Numbered from the stretch's first letter, positions 29,901 through 39,418 are shown. The stretch: 64,000 nucleotides of DNA from Methanomassiliicoccaceae archaeon (GCA_040776945.1 JAXGZN010000001.1:704001-768000), one strand, 5' to 3'. The notes: a model not told the origin generated them from the sequence alone. A program made the numbers and translations.

Positions 29901-31173
29901 CGTTGATGTAATCGGCCACGTTGAAGGTGTTGCCCTGATTGTCCTTCACTATGATCTGGAACGGGTAGCGGTAGGAGGCGCCAGGAGCGGTGAAGTTGAA
30001 CAGGAACTGCCGGAACGTCGAGAACGTCTCGCCGATCCTGAAAGCCGTGTCCGTGGACGGCGCGATGGGGTTCACTCCCAGCAGAGGGTGGTAGAGGTAG
30101 AATGAGTTCTGCCCGGCAACGTTGTTCAGAGTATCGCTCCATATCTCGATGGTCACGCCCTCGGAGTTCGTGAAGTTCCTGGTGATCGTGCCGTCGGAGG
30201 TCCGCTTGATGTAGTAGAACGTGATCCCGAGCGAGCTGCCGGCCTCACCGCCGGATGCATCTGGGGGATATGTGCCGTTGGTGAAGAAGTCCGGATAGTT
30301 CGCGTATGGTCCGGTGCCCGAGCCGGTGCCGGCGTATACTTCCAGCACCATCATCTGAGTGACCCGCCGGCCGGCGGTGTCGCTTGCGCACACCAGGACG
30401 TTGGACCTGTCCCATGCGAGCTTCGCGGTGACGTACTCGGAAACGTACAGGTTGAGGGAGGAGTTGTAAGTGAGCTGAAGGACCGGAGACAGGCCTATGG
30501 ACGATGCATTGACGAAAACGCTGGTGTTGTCAAGCTTTCCATAGGGGTCGCTGATCTGAGCATAGAACCGGACCGGACGGCCGTCGTAGGCGGGGGACGG
30601 GGTCAGCCCGCGGTCGGCAATTATGGGGAGAGTGGTCGCCGCTTGGTTCCCACCCTGGAGCGGGGCACTGTAGACCACGGTATTGGCCACGGTATCCACG
30701 ATCATGACGCTCAGCTTGGTGGTCGGCAAGACCCCAGAGAGCATATAGGACCATGTCATGCCGGTGGGCCAGGAATCCCCGACTATGTTCCCGTCGGTGA
30801 TGCTGCGGGTCTGGGGGACCTCGTCCACGAACAGATAGATGTGCGTCCGATACTTGTATAGAGGCTCCCCGCCCTTGTGCGTGATGTTTATATAGGCGTC
30901 GTTGCCGGAGTTCCCTAGCAGCTTCAAGGAGGGGGAGAAGTCGGTGTACACCTTCTCGCTGGGGCCGGGCAAGGAGGTCACGAAGAACAGCACTCCGGTG
31001 AACAGGGTGACTGTGATCGCCAGGATGAGCAGGTTGCCGATGATGTCGGAGACACCATAACGGCTCCAGCACTTGCGCTTCCTGAACGTTCCCTGGACAC
31101 GGGAGCGGTCGCTGAACGAGCCCGGCCGGCCTGTTGGCCGACCATTAGGTATAGCTCTCTTTTGGGCTATCAT
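26959..31173 (-). CDS. large surface protein with archaeal type IV pilin N-terminus, FG-GAP/VCBS repeats and C-terminal TM anchor
   Basis: G/VSDIIGNLLILAITV pilin head and ITHKGGE; five DxxxDGxxD-type repeats; C-terminal hydrophobic helix plus RWRGRRK. Confidence 0.85.
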   Translation of the reverse strand: MIAQKRAIPNGRPTGRPGSFSDRSRVQGTFRKRKCWSRYGVSDIIGNLLILAITVTLFTGVLFFVTSLPGPSEKVYTDFSPSLKLLGNSGNDAYINITHKGGEPLYKYRTHIYLFVDEVPQTRSITDGNIVGDSWPTGMTWSYMLSGVLPTTKLSVMIVDTVANTVVYSAPLQGGNQAATTLPIIADRGLTPSPAYDGRPVRFYAQISDPYGKLDNTSVFVNASSIGLSPVLQLTYNSSLNLYVSEYVTAKLAWDRSNVLVCASDTAGRRVTQMMVLEVYAGTGSGTGPYANYPDFFTNGTYPPDASGGEAGSSLGITFYYIKRTSDGTITRNFTNSEGVTIEIWSDTLNNVAGQNSFYLYHPLLGVNPIAPSTDTAFRIGETFSTFRQFLFNFTAPGASYRYPFQIIVKDNQGNTFNVADYINVNGADYPQLETYVANGNNLVRTTSFNHTDDLYLIIRTKDVDKYTDTVYISGIEVDDYTGSYVIMKAPTAVPAMGQDPAYSAPLSSLYKTNGLTISRYGENTNNGVYTLRITLKDANQGWWLPKTNSYTLKITTFFDRGTGGTMGETYSMLSCQFTVTAPLTTMDVAAAIGSGSFTWSSSGATWQNNAIAWFKGGDKWNEKIIDSNPSSGPLGLYLEDLTGDGRNDLVVGAQDTSRANLFWYENSKNDGSEWSNARPISYPFDALPGLQAAYTSSKGNINEDASVWATRSGGGEFYSGYYCQNEMCTALAVADLNNDGYADVVASFIHVVVYTSATSEGNANPSNSWGMFFNRGVYVFWNDGSDNWEMTPLYGTLDWKTASDVNFQANGDKNPAAADLAIGDFNNDGYDDIVAVYEDGQTKVWLNMWVKNAGQKDQAFSTSNSLRPISGITGNTPWSHNQIMPKVRVADMNGDGFPDIVRTNVRSGDYAVYIYYTQQEISAIPMHAPSYEFEVSPAYRATTGGSMANLETVNSRFETLTEVDVLYDPFNATGVKFLDDTGSPINNVWLDDDVFYDVGQGTTMQLNKFSLPLDNLTTPIKGSRLVVQYYVDPSYTGTGYVQYSFNNGATWTNTNIQPKPSHTSLVTASFDLPGTESTSFTSITSGLAIRFVNPSGSSTVHFDYVWTEVTFIKTQALGWVYQITNAPAAYQVLTINGRTSDLEGFQVQYSVDNATWFDLGVIRSTTNVEQSYDLTYTSNAYYYIRFLDLDRSVTDTAKSVLTLDRLVIYHNSPMVKWSSSPSKVWSTSSNYISAIAVGDMKKYLGSNVVNEPNDIVVALGGNIASSGKLFIIQQSSFGSFSAQSLGTDKLAILCPPSGYYEIHGVELGDLDGDQDLDIVLVVGAQMGRDPGTGPTLWEYTNNNMISGNWRFTETPISSVATRGESVINVTTGFIDLTIFLPVFGMVAIIATGQAMERWRGRRK

Positions 31174-31328
31174 GAAGTCACCACCGGCCCCATATTCCGG
31201 CGCAAATCGGTCTACCCCCTTTGTTTCTATAAATATGTATACTTCTGATTTTCAATAAAGTGAATTTTTAATTCCACATGAATAGAAATGCCATTGTTTT
31301 ATTAGTCTGGCATCACCTTCCACAGGAT

Positions 31329-31844
31329 ATGATGGAGATCGAGATCAAGAGCCCCTGCGAGGACCTTGACGGCGTCGAGAGGCGGCTCCTTGAGCTGGGG
31401 GCCGGGTTCCGCGGAGAGACCGCGCAGGCTGACCTGTACCTGTCCCATCCTTGCCGCGACTTCGCACGGACGGATGAAGCGCTGCGCCTGAGGAGGGAGG
31501 GCAACAGGGCCACCCTTCACTATAAGGGACCCAAGATCGATGCTGGGACCAAGTCGCGGGAGGAGATCGGCATGTCCCTCGGGGAGCCTGACGCGATGAT
31601 GTCCATCCTGGACCGTCTTGGCTTCAGACCGGTGGCCGAGGTCAGAAAGGTGCGCCGCAACTACGGGATCGGAAACATTGAGGTCTCCCTGGACCGCGTT
31701 TCCGGGCTGGGAGGGTTCGTGGAGCTGGAGGTCCAGGACCTCCCTGTGGAGGAAGGGCGCCGGATGCTGTTCAGCCTCTTGGCCGAACTGGGACTGGAAA
31801 GAACGGAGAGAAGGTCCTACCTGGAGCTTTTGCTGGAGAAGTGA
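31329..31844 (+). CDS. cyaB: CYTH-domain protein (class IV adenylate cyclase family)
   Basis: EIEIK, DEALRLR, YKGPK, FVELE, RRSYLELL. Confidence 0.9.
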   Translation: MMEIEIKSPCEDLDGVERRLLELGAGFRGETAQADLYLSHPCRDFARTDEALRLRREGNRATLHYKGPKIDAGTKSREEIGMSLGEPDAMMSILDRLGFRPVAEVRKVRRNYGIGNIEVSLDRVSGLGGFVELEVQDLPVEEGRRMLFSLLAELGLERTERRSYLELLLEK

Positions 31845-32096
31845 TCAGATGTTCTGTATGTGTTCCGCTAGGAACTTGCGGACCTCTTCCTCATCAGGTA
31901 TGCTTATCGATGACTTGTAGCGCTCGGAGCCGTCCTTCATCGTATATCCGCGGCTCAGCGAGATGAACTCCGTGGTGCCGCTCTTGCTGACCGCTCGCTT
32001 GCGCGCAACCTCCAGGAAGTTGTTCTTACCGAACGGTATCCTCTGGGAGTTCACGACCTCGAACTGAACATTGCGCTCGTTGCTGCCATCGCTCAT
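31845..32096 (-). CDS. small hypothetical protein (possible PC4/PUR-like nucleic-acid-binding fold)
   Basis: 83 aa with a beta-strands-then-helix pattern (NFLEVARK, FISLSRGY, SISIP). Confidence 0.7.
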   Translation of the reverse strand: MSDGSNERNVQFEVVNSQRIPFGKNNFLEVARKRAVSKSGTTEFISLSRGYTMKDGSERYKSSISIPDEEEVRKFLAEHIQNI

Positions 32097-32244
32097 TTTG
32101 ACACCCTGTCTGGATATTGGAACCCTCCTCAGGACAATAAAGGTTTTGCCTTCATCAAGACCGACTCGGATGCTGGGCCGGAGGATGCCAGCGGGAAGGA
32201 GCGGGTGCGACAGATAGAAATACGCAGGCGCTCATTGAACGGCC

Positions 32245-33579
32245 ATGTGCCCGGACGGGACGGAGCCAGAGGCTCCTCGTGCGCCCCTGTACTGCTCCAA
32301 CTGCGGCACCCGGCTGCTTCCGGGTTCCAACTTCTGCACCGCCTGTGGTATGCCTCAGAGGACGGGCACCATGCCTCCGTGGCCGATGCCTTTCTATTTC
32401 CCCCCGGCCCCCCGGCTGAACACCGCCAGGGAGATAGTTATGGCCTTCGGGACCTATGGATCGGTCGCCCTCGCCGTCCTGATGGCGCTCAACGTTGGCA
32501 TTGCCGTATGGGGCATCGACCTGGTCTGGCCCCACCTGGACAAGCATATCTATCTCTTCGTGATCACGCCGTTCATCGTCAACTTCGCCGAACTGGGCGG
32601 GAGCGCCTTCTTCGCTTATTACATCGTCTTGGTGGCGGCCATCGCCTCCTCCTTCGCATGGTTGATCTATAAGAGCCTTCCAGCGCTCAAGGACGAGCTT
32701 CAGGTAAGGCAGCCCCAGGGCGGGCACAGCCCACTGTACATAACCGCCACCATGCTGTTCGCGGTGCTCACGTTCAACATCGCCTATTATTTCATAATCC
32801 AGGCCTTCGGCGTCTCGACCACCACGCCCTCGTTCGAGACCCGGGAGCTGTGGCAGCTGATCTACGGCTTTGCCCATGCCTCGGTGTGGGAGGAGGTCGC
32901 GTCCCGGGTGCTGCTCATTGGCGTGCCCCTGCTGCTCATCGACCTGTTGCTGCGCATGAAGGACCCGGGGCGAGGGATGAGGAGGCTGTCGAACTATGTC
33001 CTGGGAGGAGGCTTCGCCATCGGCAGGAAGGAAGCGTTCCTCATGGTCTTCTCCAGCTTGATGTTCGGCGCCGCGCATATGTTCTCCTGGGACCTGTTCA
33101 AGATCCTCCCGGCGGCGGCGGCCGGGCTGGCCTTCGCCTACCTGTACCTCAAGCTAGGGCTTTACGCGTCCATCATGTTCCACTTCGCCACCGATTTCCT
33201 GACCGTTCCCCTTCAAGTATGGCCCGATTACCTCTTGGTGACCGCGGCCGTCGGCCTGATGCTGCTTGTATGGCTGGCGATCGGGGCCCCGTACATGCTT
33301 CTTTACTTCTCCAAGGGGGCGGGCTGGCTTCTAGGCCGGAGGATCTGGCCCGATGTTCCCAGAGAGGGCCCTGGTCCTTCCCACGTTCCTAGCCCATTGT
33401 ACGCTGTCCCGGCGGCGATGTACTACCCGGCGCCTAATGTTCCCCCCGCCCCTTACGCCGGGGGGCCCGCGGTCCGTTTCGAGGACCCTCAAGGCTACGT
33501 GTGCAAGAACTGCGGGAACCGCGAGGCCGCCTACACCGAGGGTCGGCTCGTGTGCACGAGGTGCGGCGCGAGGCGTTAG
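32245..33579 (+). CDS. CPBP/Abi-family intramembrane metalloprotease with terminal zinc ribbons
   Basis: WEEVASR, FGAAH and HFATD motifs; CxxC pairs at both ends. Confidence 0.85.
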   Translation: MCPDGTEPEAPRAPLYCSNCGTRLLPGSNFCTACGMPQRTGTMPPWPMPFYFPPAPRLNTAREIVMAFGTYGSVALAVLMALNVGIAVWGIDLVWPHLDKHIYLFVITPFIVNFAELGGSAFFAYYIVLVAAIASSFAWLIYKSLPALKDELQVRQPQGGHSPLYITATMLFAVLTFNIAYYFIIQAFGVSTTTPSFETRELWQLIYGFAHASVWEEVASRVLLIGVPLLLIDLLLRMKDPGRGMRRLSNYVLGGGFAIGRKEAFLMVFSSLMFGAAHMFSWDLFKILPAAAAGLAFAYLYLKLGLYASIMFHFATDFLTVPLQVWPDYLLVTAAVGLMLLVWLAIGAPYMLLYFSKGAGWLLGRRIWPDVPREGPGPSHVPSPLYAVPAAMYYPAPNVPPAPYAGGPAVRFEDPQGYVCKNCGNREAAYTEGRLVCTRCGARR

Positions 33580-34337
33580 CGGCCGGAGAGCATGGCCGCG
33601 AGGCGGTCCCTGCTGACCAGCGCGTCCTCGAGGCCCCTGGACTCGATCACGAACCTCCCTCCATAGCCTGCTAGCTCGTCTACCACGAGGCGGAAGTCGA
33701 CCGTGCCGTCCCCGATGGGCAGATGAGCGTCGTAGTCGCCCCGATTGTCATGCACGTGCAGATTGACCAAGCGGTGCTTGAGGTCCATGAACTCCTGGAG
33801 GAGCCCCATGGTGTGGGCGTGCCCGACATCAAGGCAAAACCCGAGGCCGGTGCCCTCGGCCATCTCCACCAGCGACTGAGGGGTGGTCCCCATGGAGAAC
33901 GGTCCCCGGGGCATGTTCTCCAGGGCCACCTTGACGCCGAGTTCCGCGGACAGACCATCAAGGAGGCGCAGCGAGGACCTTGCGGTTTCCAGTACCTTGT
34001 CGCGGCACACGAGCCCGATGGGCGTAAGGAACGAAGGGTGCACGGTGTACACGTCCATTTCCAGGCGCCGGCAGGCCTCCAGGCCGGCCACCAGCTCGCT
34101 CATCGCCGCCTCGCGCAGGCGGGGGTTCAGGGAGCCGATGTTAATGTCGCTCATCGGCGCATGGGCGCTGTACTTGAGATCATAGGACGGCGCGAGAGCG
34201 AGGAACTCCTTCTCGATGGTCCTGAGGTCGTGGCGGCCCTCTGCAACCACCTCCCAGGCCTTGAAGTTCGAGGCGATGGTCTCCAGCGCTCGGTGGAAGG
34301 GCATGCCGGAGAAGGCCGGCGAGGACACTGCGATCAT
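33576..34337 (-). CDS. sugar phosphate isomerase/epimerase (AP endonuclease 2 TIM barrel)
   Basis: HAP, ALENMP, CLDVGHA, HVHDN, HLPIGDG. Confidence 0.88.
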   Translation of the reverse strand: MIAVSSPAFSGMPFHRALETIASNFKAWEVVAEGRHDLRTIEKEFLALAPSYDLKYSAHAPMSDINIGSLNPRLREAAMSELVAGLEACRRLEMDVYTVHPSFLTPIGLVCRDKVLETARSSLRLLDGLSAELGVKVALENMPRGPFSMGTTPQSLVEMAEGTGLGFCLDVGHAHTMGLLQEFMDLKHRLVNLHVHDNRGDYDAHLPIGDGTVDFRLVVDELAGYGGRFVIESRGLEDALVSRDRLAAMLSGR

Positions 34338-34720
34338 TCCAGTCCCTCCACCGTGCTCTCCGCCAGATGATCGATCGCGTCCTGGATGTCGTCGGCCTCG
34401 ACGGTAACCTCGATCCCACCTAAGGCCACGGGACCATCGAGGAAGGACGCTTTGCCCATGAGCGCCGCTTGCTTGTTCAGCATGAACCTCGTGGCGCTGC
34501 CCTGAACGCCGCGCAGCATGACCGAGCGGGCGGTGTCGCGGATGTGCTGGTCGTGTATCATCTCGCGCAGCGCGTCCCCGCTGCCAGAGCGGCCGGTGAC
34601 GCTCCTCTCGCCGTCCTCGAGCTGGGCGTCAGGAAGGATGTTGAGGATCGCCCTGTGGACCTTTTCACGGTCCTCGGTGGGGAAGCAGGAGGCGGCCGCG
34701 GTGATCTTGAGCATGCTCAT
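34334..34720 (-). CDS. DUF54-family putative RNA-binding protein
   Basis: PTEDREKV, IRDTAR, LNKQAA motifs. Confidence 0.8.
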   Translation of the reverse strand: MSMLKITAAASCFPTEDREKVHRAILNILPDAQLEDGERSVTGRSGSGDALREMIHDQHIRDTARSVMLRGVQGSATRFMLNKQAALMGKASFLDGPVALGGIEVTVEADDIQDAIDHLAESTVEGLE

Positions 34721-34794
34721 GCCATCTTTCTCATCGTAATAAAGGATTGTCGCTCGAAAAGATATTTACTACCCTGTTCATAATGGTGGCCGGG

Positions 34795-36237
34795 ATGAGG
34801 GACCGTGTTCTAGACATCTTGGCCAACGAGGGCGTTCTCCTGGAGCCTAGCGCTGCTGAGCTCGTCCTTGCCCGCTCGGACCCCGTTGACTTCGTGCGGT
34901 CCGCCCTGGCCTCGATGCCGCAGCAACCTCTGGTGCTGACCGTGGACGATCTTCGTCCTTACGCCGACGCGCCCGTCGTCCGCATCGTTCCCAAGGCCTT
35001 GGAGGAGGTGCGGAACGGACCGCCGGCACCGCTGCCCCGCGGCGACGGAGACTTCTGCGTGCTCCGGGACATCACCGGCAACTCGACCTGCGAGGGCAAC
35101 ATCATAGACTTCGCCCGGTACTTCAACGACCGGTTCAAGAAGATCAAGAAGATCCTGTCCACCCGCCGCGAGCTGGTCGGCTGCCTCCCGGTGCCCAAGG
35201 CCACCAAGTTCGACCGCGAGGTGAGGATGATAGCCATGGTCAACGAGGTGCGTACCACCAAGAACGGGCACAAGCTGCTGGAGGTGGAGGATGATGAGGG
35301 CCGCTGCCCGGTGCTCATCCTCAAGGACAGCCCTCTGATCAACGAGAGCATAGTCAATGATGAGGTCATAGGCATCGTGGGTAAGACGAGCACCAAGGGC
35401 GACCTGGTGGTGCTGAACGAGCTGGTGCGCCCAGACCTGCCTCTCCGGAGGACGATGCAGCCAAGCGACTCCTGGACCTCGGTGGCGTTCATGTCCGACG
35501 TGCATGTCGGATCGAACACCTTCCTCCATAAGCCCTGGGACCGTATGGTCCACTGGCTCAAGACCGAGGGCAAGAACGAGGTTCAGTACCTGGTCGTTCC
35601 GGGCGACGTGGTCGACGGCATCGGGGTGTTCCCGGGCCAGGAGGACGAGCTGGAGATCGATGACATCTTTGCCCAGTACGAGTCGTTGGTCGACCGCCTT
35701 AAGGAGGTGCCCGACGGCATCCGGGTCATTGTGCAGCCCGGCAACCACGACGCTGTGAGGCCCGCCGAGCCTCAGCCAACCTTCCCCAAGGACATCGCCA
35801 AGCTCTTTGATTCCTCGATCTCCCTGATCGGCAACCCCTGCTACCTGGAGATAGAGGGACGGAAGATCCTGTCCTATCACGGGCGAAGCTTGGACGATTG
35901 GATCGGGAGCGTTCAGGGACTGAGCTACAACAATCCCATGGAGGCCATGAAGGAGATGCTCAAGCGCCGCCACATGGCCCCCATCTATGGAGGACGGACG
36001 CCGCTGGCGCCGGAGAAGGAGGACTTCCTGGTCATCGATGAGGTGCCTGACATCTTCATCACCGGCCATGTGCATGGCGCTGGTATCGGCGAGTACCGAG
36101 GAGTGAGGCTGATCTGCGCCTCCACGTGGCAGGACCAGACCCCCTTCCAGAAGATGCACAACTTCAATCCTGACCCGGCCAAGCTCCCCATCGTTCATCT
36201 GGGAACCGGGGAGACCAGGATGCTCGACTTCAATTGA
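34795..36237 (+). CDS. polB: DNA polymerase D small subunit DP1
   Basis: OB fold plus calcineurin-like motifs SDVHVGS, GDVVDGIG, PGNHD, YHG, GHVH. Confidence 0.95.
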   Translation: MRDRVLDILANEGVLLEPSAAELVLARSDPVDFVRSALASMPQQPLVLTVDDLRPYADAPVVRIVPKALEEVRNGPPAPLPRGDGDFCVLRDITGNSTCEGNIIDFARYFNDRFKKIKKILSTRRELVGCLPVPKATKFDREVRMIAMVNEVRTTKNGHKLLEVEDDEGRCPVLILKDSPLINESIVNDEVIGIVGKTSTKGDLVVLNELVRPDLPLRRTMQPSDSWTSVAFMSDVHVGSNTFLHKPWDRMVHWLKTEGKNEVQYLVVPGDVVDGIGVFPGQEDELEIDDIFAQYESLVDRLKEVPDGIRVIVQPGNHDAVRPAEPQPTFPKDIAKLFDSSISLIGNPCYLEIEGRKILSYHGRSLDDWIGSVQGLSYNNPMEAMKEMLKRRHMAPIYGGRTPLAPEKEDFLVIDEVPDIFITGHVHGAGIGEYRGVRLICASTWQDQTPFQKMHNFNPDPAKLPIVHLGTGETRMLDFN

Positions 36238-36238
36238 T

Positions 36239-37204
36239 CTATCCGAACAGCATTACGAGCAGAAGTATGTACCCGGCATAGGCGGACAGCAGAGCGGCCC
36301 CCATGCGCCTCCCTCCCCGATCGAACGCGGCAAGTAGGACGACTATAATGGTCGACATCGCGATCATTACCGCCAATCCCACCGCGGTCTCCAAGCCTGT
36401 GGTGTCATAGCCGCCCACAACGGCGCCGAGACCGAGGATGAAGAGCGAGTTGGCGATTATTGTGCCGATGATGTTGCCCAGAACCACGTCCGACTGCCCT
36501 CTCCTCGACCCGGTGATGGTCACGGTGATCTCCGGTATCGTGGTCCCTATCCCGACCAAGGTCAGACCGATGACCTCCTCGCTGACCCCCAGCCCACGTG
36601 CGAGGCCCGAGGCCCCGTCCACTACCGCTTCCGCGCCCAGCGCCAGCAGGACCGTTCCAGCGATAAGAAGAAGGGCAATCATCGGAACGGGGCGGGGCTT
36701 GATCCCCTCCACGGTCTCCAGTTCCTCCTCCACCACCGCGCATTCCTCACCCCGGCAGGCCGAAGTGTACAGCACGTAGAAGAAAACCACGAGCGTGATG
36801 AGCAGTACCATGCCATCGACAAGGCCCAGGCGGCCGTCCAGGGCCAGAACGGCGACCAGGGGGCCGGAGAGCAACAGGAAGACGGACTCCCGGCGAAGGC
36901 TCCGCAGCCTTAGGGCCACCGGCCCCAGGAGGCAGGCGACGCCCAGGACCAGAGCGCCGTTGGAGATATTGGCCCCGATGACATTGCCCAGGGAGATCTC
37001 GTTGGCCCCTTCCAGTGTGGACACCACGGCCAGCACTGCTTCCGGCGAGGATGTTCCGATGGAGACCACGGTCAGCCCGACGATGAGCGGCCTGACCCCG
37101 TAGTGAAGCGCAAGCCCTGCGGCACCGTCCACCAGCCACCTTGAGCCGAGGTACAGGGCAACGGCTCCCACTGCGAGGAGGACCGCCGGCAGCATCAGGT
37201 CCAT
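36239..37204 (-). CDS. calcium/sodium antiporter (YrbG family)
   Basis: Two alpha repeats, GTSSPE...GNVIGAN and GTTIPE...GNIIGT. Confidence 0.9.
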   Translation of the reverse strand: MDLMLPAVLLAVGAVALYLGSRWLVDGAAGLALHYGVRPLIVGLTVVSIGTSSPEAVLAVVSTLEGANEISLGNVIGANISNGALVLGVACLLGPVALRLRSLRRESVFLLLSGPLVAVLALDGRLGLVDGMVLLITLVVFFYVLYTSACRGEECAVVEEELETVEGIKPRPVPMIALLLIAGTVLLALGAEAVVDGASGLARGLGVSEEVIGLTLVGIGTTIPEITVTITGSRRGQSDVVLGNIIGTIIANSLFILGLGAVVGGYDTTGLETAVGLAVMIAMSTIIVVLLAAFDRGGRRMGAALLSAYAGYILLLVMLFG

Positions 37205-37240
37205 GCCGCGGCTATAAGGGCGGGGGCAAGAAAAACCTTT

Positions 37241-37393
37241 TCAGGGAACGAAGAACAGGAAGTACACTATCAGCAGATAACCCAGCACCAGCATGAACAG
37301 GGAGATCTTCCACGCCAGACCGAACAACATTATCCGGGCTCGGGGATCATTAAAATCGAGAAAGGGTTTGACGAGGTCCTTAAGCCGCCTCAA
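37241..37393 (-). CDS. 50-aa single-TM protein at the end of the ATP synthase operon (below the ORF-track cutoff)
   Basis: TTG start overlapping the atpD end; MRRLKDLVKPFLDFNDPRARIMLFGLAWKISLFMLVLGYLLIVYFLFFVP; G/C-ending codons in the TM part. Confidence 0.6.
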   Translation of the reverse strand: MRRLKDLVKPFLDFNDPRARIMLFGLAWKISLFMLVLGYLLIVYFLFFVP

Positions 37394-38024
37394 CTTTAGC
37401 CTCGGCCTTGTCCTTGATGCGCTTCAGGCGGAACGTGTTCTCCCTCTCCATCTCCTGCAAGCGCAGCTCGATGAACGCTTTGGCCTCTTCCAGCTCAGGG
37501 ATGACCTTGAACTCCAGCGCATTGACTCGCCGCTTGGTCTTCTCGATCTCGTCGAGGAGCTTCTTCATCGTGGTCTCGATCTCAGCCGCCTGCACCAGGG
37601 TCTCCACCAGGTTCTCGAACGCCGCGGTGGCCTCGTCGATATAGGTCGAGGTTCCGATGACCCCGTAGCCCCGCTGGTCCACAGTGCTCTTGATGGAGTT
37701 CGTCTCTATCTCCGGCACCACTATGCCCATGATGTTCTTTGAGCGCAGGGTCACCTCCGGATGGAGGCGGAGGGCGAAGGCCGCTGACTGAACGGCAATC
37801 GCGCCGTCGACGGCCTGGGCCACGTTTATCTTGGCCATGGCCTCGTCGTAGTCCTTTACGATCTTCACACGGACCTGCTTGGCCTGCTCAAGGATCTTGA
37901 AGAACTCGATGATGAGGCCGTCCCTCTTCATCTTCAGGATCTTGTACCCTGACTTTGTCAGCTTGATCCTCTTCTTGACCTCGAGCAGCTCCGAGCGGGT
38001 TGGCTTGACCTCCATCCGTGGCAT
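37380..38024 (-). CDS. atpD: A-type ATP synthase subunit D
   Basis: PTRSEL, LKMKRD, TKRRVNALE. Confidence 0.96.
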   Translation of the reverse strand: MPRMEVKPTRSELLEVKKRIKLTKSGYKILKMKRDGLIIEFFKILEQAKQVRVKIVKDYDEAMAKINVAQAVDGAIAVQSAAFALRLHPEVTLRSKNIMGIVVPEIETNSIKSTVDQRGYGVIGTSTYIDEATAAFENLVETLVQAAEIETTMKKLLDEIEKTKRRVNALEFKVIPELEEAKAFIELRLQEMERENTFRLKRIKDKAEAKVEAA

Positions 38025-38026
38025 CT

Positions 38027-39418
38027 TCACTCACTCTTTTTGTAGGCGGGGTGGTACTTCTCGATGTACTTCCGATCGATCCTGGACAGCTGGTTCACCG
38101 GCAGCATCGACACCAGGTCCCAGGCGAGGTCGAGGGTGGTCTCGATATCGCGGTCCTCGTCACGGCCCTGCCGGACGAAGCGGTTCTCGAAGGCATCGGC
38201 GAAGTCAAGGAACTTGCGATCGCGCTCGGAGAGCGATTCCTTCCCCACGATGGCCACGAGGCCCCTGAGGTCACGGCCCTCGGCATAGGCGGCATAGCAC
38301 TGGTCGGAGACGGCCTTGTGGTCCTCCCTGGTCAGGCCTGGCCCGATCCCAGCGTTCATCAGCCTCGATAGCGAGGCGCCCACGTTGATCGGGGGGACTA
38401 TGCCCGCGCGGTGGATCTCCCTGGATGCCACTATCTGACCCTCGGTGATGTATCCCGTCAGGTCCGGAATGGGATGGGTGATGTCATCACCAGGCATCGT
38501 CAGGATGGGGATCTGGGTGATGGAGCCTTTCTTGCCCTTGATCCTCCCCGCACGCTCGTACAGGGTCGCCAGGTCAGTGTACATGTACCCAGGATAGCCG
38601 CGGCGGCCGGGCACTTCCTCACGGGCAGCGCCGATCTGCCTCAGCGCCTCGCAATAGTTGGTGATGTCCGTCAGGATGACCAGGACGTGCATGTCCAGTT
38701 CGAAGGCCAGGTACTCAGCGGTGGTGAGCGCCAGTCTCGGGGTGATGATCCTCTCGATGGCGGGATCATCGGCCAGGTTCATGAACACGACCGCCCGCTT
38801 CAGAGCGCCGGTCCTCTCGAAGTCGTTCATGAAGTACTGCGCTTCCTCGGCGGTGATGCCCATGGCGGCGAATACCACGGCGAACTCCTCGTTGGAGCCG
38901 CGCACCTTGGCCTGCCTGGCGATCTGCAGAGCGATGTCGTTGTGGGGCAGGCCGCTCCCGGAGAATATGGGCAGCTTCTGCCCTCGCACCAGGGTGTTCA
39001 TCCCGTCGATGGTCGAAATGCCGGTCTGTATGAACTCCTTGGGCTCGTCACGGGCCCATGGGTTTATCGCCGCCCCGTTGATGTCCAGACGGTCCTCGGG
39101 CGTGATGGCCGGGCCGCCGTCGATGGGGTCGCCGGCGCCGTCCAGGATCCTGCCCAGCATGTCGCGGGAAACAGGCATCTTCATGGTCTCGCCAAGGAAC
39201 TTCACTCCCGCGGCGCGCTCCACGCCGGCGGTGCCTTCGAACACCTGGATGACGACGTACTTGCCGGACGTGTCCAGCACCTGGCCCCTCTTCTGGGTGC
39301 CATCGGGCATGGTCACGGTCGCGAGCTCGTTATAGCCGACCGGCTCGGTCTTCTCCACGAAGACCAGCGGACCTGCGATCTGAGAGATTGTGCGGTACTC
39401 TTTGGATACGATGCTCAT
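38027..39418 (-). CDS. atpB: A-type ATP synthase subunit B
   Basis: [29 protein letters not shown]. Confidence 0.97.
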   Translation of the reverse strand: MSIVSKEYRTISQIAGPLVFVEKTEPVGYNELATVTMPDGTQKRGQVLDTSGKYVVIQVFEGTAGVERAAGVKFLGETMKMPVSRDMLGRILDGAGDPIDGGPAITPEDRLDINGAAINPWARDEPKEFIQTGISTIDGMNTLVRGQKLPIFSGSGLPHNDIALQIARQAKVRGSNEEFAVVFAAMGITAEEAQYFMNDFERTGALKRAVVFMNLADDPAIERIITPRLALTTAEYLAFELDMHVLVILTDITNYCEALRQIGAAREEVPGRRGYPGYMYTDLATLYERAGRIKGKKGSITQIPILTMPGDDITHPIPDLTGYITEGQIVASREIHRAGIVPPINVGASLSRLMNAGIGPGLTREDHKAVSDQCYAAYAEGRDLRGLVAIVGKESLSERDRKFLDFADAFENRFVRQGRDEDRDIETTLDLAWDLVSMLPVNQLSRIDRKYIEKYHPAYKKSE

